NCBI GenBank assembly: GCA_041663045.1
Contig: JBAZRH010000001.1
Coordinates: 84,403 to 148,402, forward strand
Length of the DNA stretch: 64,000 nt
Source: Minisyncoccota bacterium
Lineage (GTDB): Bacteria; Patescibacteriota; Minisyncoccia; Phycocordibacterales; GWA1-40-21
Direction: 5' to 3'
Below the pieces are notes generated by a model that saw only the letters and a list, made by a program, of their open reading frames with translations, had not been told where the DNA came from and ran no database searches. Positions 62,082-64,000 of the stretch are shown in pieces (position 1 is the stretch's first letter; each line of letters starts with the position of its first letter). Made by a program: the position numbers and the translations under genes.

Positions 62082-62411
62082 TTAAAAAGTAGGAGCTCTG
62101 GGTTGCTGACAAGTGATAAAAGCTAAATCTTTTACAAGAGTTGAAATATAAGAAAAGAATGGGCTGACTATTGGTTCAATAGTTTCTCTTTCAAAATATG
62201 CAGGTAAAGCGAGGATAACTTCCTGATCAAAACATTTCTCACCAAGGATTTTTCCGCAGACCGCTTTTGCGACAATTTTTCCATTTACTTCAACCAATTC
62301 AAAGACAACCAAAGCCCACGAGCCATTTGGCAATTGGACCGCCTTTCTGATGTATTTTGCTTGCCACGAGGTTGATAAACTTTTCGTGGGTTGTGTTTGT
62401 AAAGCTAACAT
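62082..62411 (-). CDS. Hypothetical 109-aa protein ending ...QQPRAPTF
   Basis: TGCTATAAT 7 nt before the ATG (leaderless geometry); directly upstream of dnaK. Confidence 0.75.
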   Translation of the reverse strand: MLALQTQPTKSLSTSWQAKYIRKAVQLPNGSWALVVFELVEVNGKIVAKAVCGKILGEKCFDQEVILALPAYFERETIEPIVSPFFSYISTLVKDLAFITCQQPRAPTF

Positions 62412-62569
62412 TGGGTCAATTATAGCATATTTATATAGAAGTCAAATATTGGTTAATTTGTTGTATTTATTGATGAAATATGAAATTTGCTTGACAAAAA
62501 GAATGAATGGGTGTATAATACAAGTAGAAAGATAAATCACCCCAGCAAGGTGGTTTAAGGAAGGATTTG

Positions 62570-62725
62570 ATGAAAGAGTTTATTTCTTCTTTTATTATCT
62601 GCTATGCAATTGGCTACATGCTGTACGTTCGTCCTCGGTATCAGAAGAAAAACATCTCAAAGGAGACAGACTTTCTTTTCTACGGGAGCCTGTTTATCCT
62701 GAGTGTATTCAGGTATTTGTTGTGA
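62570..62725 (+). CDS. 51-aa two-TM orphan protein (not in ORF track)
   Basis: TTGACA-N17-TATAAT (62491-62519), AAGGA SD, MKEFISSFIICYAIGYMLYVRPRYQKKNISKETDFLFYGSLFILSVFRYLL*, terminator at about 62745-62788. Confidence 0.7.
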   Translation: MKEFISSFIICYAIGYMLYVRPRYQKKNISKETDFLFYGSLFILSVFRYLL

Positions 62726-62797
62726 CGACAAAAATCGCTGGCGTAATCGCCGCAACGGAGGAAAGTTCCTCTCGTTGCGGCGATTTTTAATTATATT

Positions 62798-63409
62798 TTA
62801 TTTCTTAAACTCCCCCACTACCACCTTCGGAGCAACAATCACCCTACCATTCAAACTAAAGCCTTTTTTATTTACTTTAAGAATTATTCCATCTTCTTTT
62901 TCATTGCTCGTAGCTTTTAATTCGTCGGCGACATGATTCATCGGGTCAAATTTTTCTCCGATTGGGTCAAGCTCTACCAAGCCATTTTCTTTCAAGACTT
63001 TCATAAATTGAACATGGATGTACTCTACACCTACTCTCCAATTCTTATCAACTTTCTCCCAAGCTTCTTTATTTGAAAAAGCCATATCAAAACTCTCTAT
63101 CACAGTGAGTAGCTCGGCGATAAGATTTTCATTGGCGTATTTCACCGTTTCAACTTTTTCGCTCTCCATACGCTTTTTAAAATTCACAAAATCAGCACGC
63201 TCTCTCTGCCAGCCGTTCATGTATTCCTGCTTTTCTTTTTCAAGGATTTTGGCTTTTTCTTTGAGCTTTTTTACAAGAGCTTCAAGTGAATCATTTTCTT
63301 CGTCGAGAACTATATCAGAATCAGCTTGTTTGGCTGTTTTCTTGGCTTTTGTATCGTCTTCATAGACGATTTCATCATTGTTTCGTTTGTTTTTATCGTC
63401 TTTATTCAT
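62798..63409 (-). CDS. grpE: Nucleotide exchange factor GrpE
   Basis: RERADFVNFKKR, GEKFDPMNH, KGFSLNGRVI..PKV.V; start probably MNKDD (63409), alternatively 63421. Confidence 0.95.
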   Translation of the reverse strand: MNKDDKNKRNNDEIVYEDDTKAKKTAKQADSDIVLDEENDSLEALVKKLKEKAKILEKEKQEYMNGWQRERADFVNFKKRMESEKVETVKYANENLIAELLTVIESFDMAFSNKEAWEKVDKNWRVGVEYIHVQFMKVLKENGLVELDPIGEKFDPMNHVADELKATSNEKEDGIILKVNKKGFSLNGRVIVAPKVVVGEFKK

Positions 63410-63560
63410 AAGTATGACCATTTTATCATATTTTCGAGTGGAATCAAGAAATCTTATTAATTAACGGAGATCGGCTTGCGAAATGGTAATCCATTGAGCA
63501 AGCCGAGTTGTGTTCAGAAGTCCGCGGCGGCGGACCCTTTTACCGTAAAGAAAACCTGGT

Positions 63561-63605
63561 ATTCAAAAAATAAAACCGCATCATAAGCGGTTTTATTTTT
63601 TGAAT
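63561..63605 (-). terminator. rpsI terminator
   Basis: ATTCAAAAAATAAAACCGC-ATCATAA-GCGGTTTTATTTTTTGAAT. Confidence 0.85.
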
Positions 63606-63610
63606 TTTTC

Positions 63611-64000
63611 TTAACGTTTTGACCACTGTGGGCTCTTTCTTGCTTTCTTCAAACCGAATTTTCTCCTTTCTTTTGCTCTCTGATCTCTTTCTAGGAAACC
63701 AAGCTTTTTGAGTTCCTTTCTTAGTTCAGGATCGTGCTTGATAAGGATTCTTGCAATACCGAGTCTAAGTGATTCTGCTTGTGAATTGAATCCCCCGCCA
63801 GAAATCATGGCTGTAAATGAGAACGTTAATGGGGATTTTAATTTTGTGATAGATTCATTTGCGATCAATCTTTGCTTCTCTGTCTTGAAATAGCTTTCTA
63901 TATCCTTACCCCCATTTATTTCAAAAGAATTTTTAGCAGACGGAACAGCCCTCACTCTTGCGATCGATGTCTTTCTTCTACCAACCGCTTCTATGTATTT
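63611..64000 (-). CDS. rpsI: 30S ribosomal protein uS9 (5' truncated by window)
   Basis: GRRKTSIARVR, GGGFNSQA, KERRKFGLKKARKSPQWSKR. Confidence 0.97.
   Translation of the reverse strand, partial: KYIEAVGRRKTSIARVRAVPSAKNSFEINGGKDIESYFKTEKQRLIANESITKLKSPLTFSFTAMISGGGFNSQAESLRLGIARILIKHDPELRKELKKLGFLERDQRAKERRKFGLKKARKSPQWSKR

Noticed and set aside
61886-63470. CIRCE/HrcA regulation of grpE-dnaK
   Set aside because: No TTAGCACTC-N9-GAGTGCTAA and no hrcA in the window
625-63893. Numerous 60-175 aa antisense/overlapping ORFs in the track
   Set aside because: They lie within well-supported genes and have no motifs or expression signals; treated as shadow ORFs
1-64000. Recoded genetic code (UGA=Gly, as in Gracilibacteria/Absconditabacteria)
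   Set aside because: Conserved genes are full length under code 11 and TGA ends genes such as scpA at the expected place
1-64000. CRISPR array, tRNA, rRNA, IS transposase or integrase
   Set aside because: No regularly spaced direct repeats, cloverleafs or recombinase motifs were seen by eye; a tool scan could still find something I missed

Overview
AT-rich bacterial window read in standard code 11. It is typical of a Patescibacteria/CPR (Parcubacteria-like) chromosome; the taxonomy is inferred from gene style, not from a marker search. The housekeeping backbone is rpoC 3' part, dnaG-rpoD, uppP, rplU, pyrG, recR-dnaB, cysS, rplI, rpmA, gltX-murG-ftsW-mraY, scpAB, aspS, trpS, tyrS, grpE/dnaK/dnaJ and rpsI, with accessory genes in between. 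No rRNA, tRNA, CRISPR array or transposase was seen. Main highlights: (1) a self-contained RiPP-like cassette in which an unannotated 32-aa peptide ending CQCGCSC (51801-51899) precedes a radical SAM/SPASM maturase, with an attenuator hairpin between them; (2) a T-box riboswitch with an ultra-short Stem I carrying an Asn (AAC) specifier in its apical loop plus a transcription terminator, upstream of an operon ending in a non-discriminating-type aspS; (3) a three-copy structured intergenic element with a conserved core, covarying stems and a consistent strand bias; (4) an operon linking a SpeD-SpeE polyamine fusion and an unknown protein to a 7TM histidine kinase; (5) a four-domain methyltransferase/sulfotransferase x2/GT61 protein next to an OafA-like acetyltransferase; (6) apparently leaderless core genes contrasting with solo, Shine-Dalgarno-led orphan cassettes; and several small ORFs missing from the supplied track.
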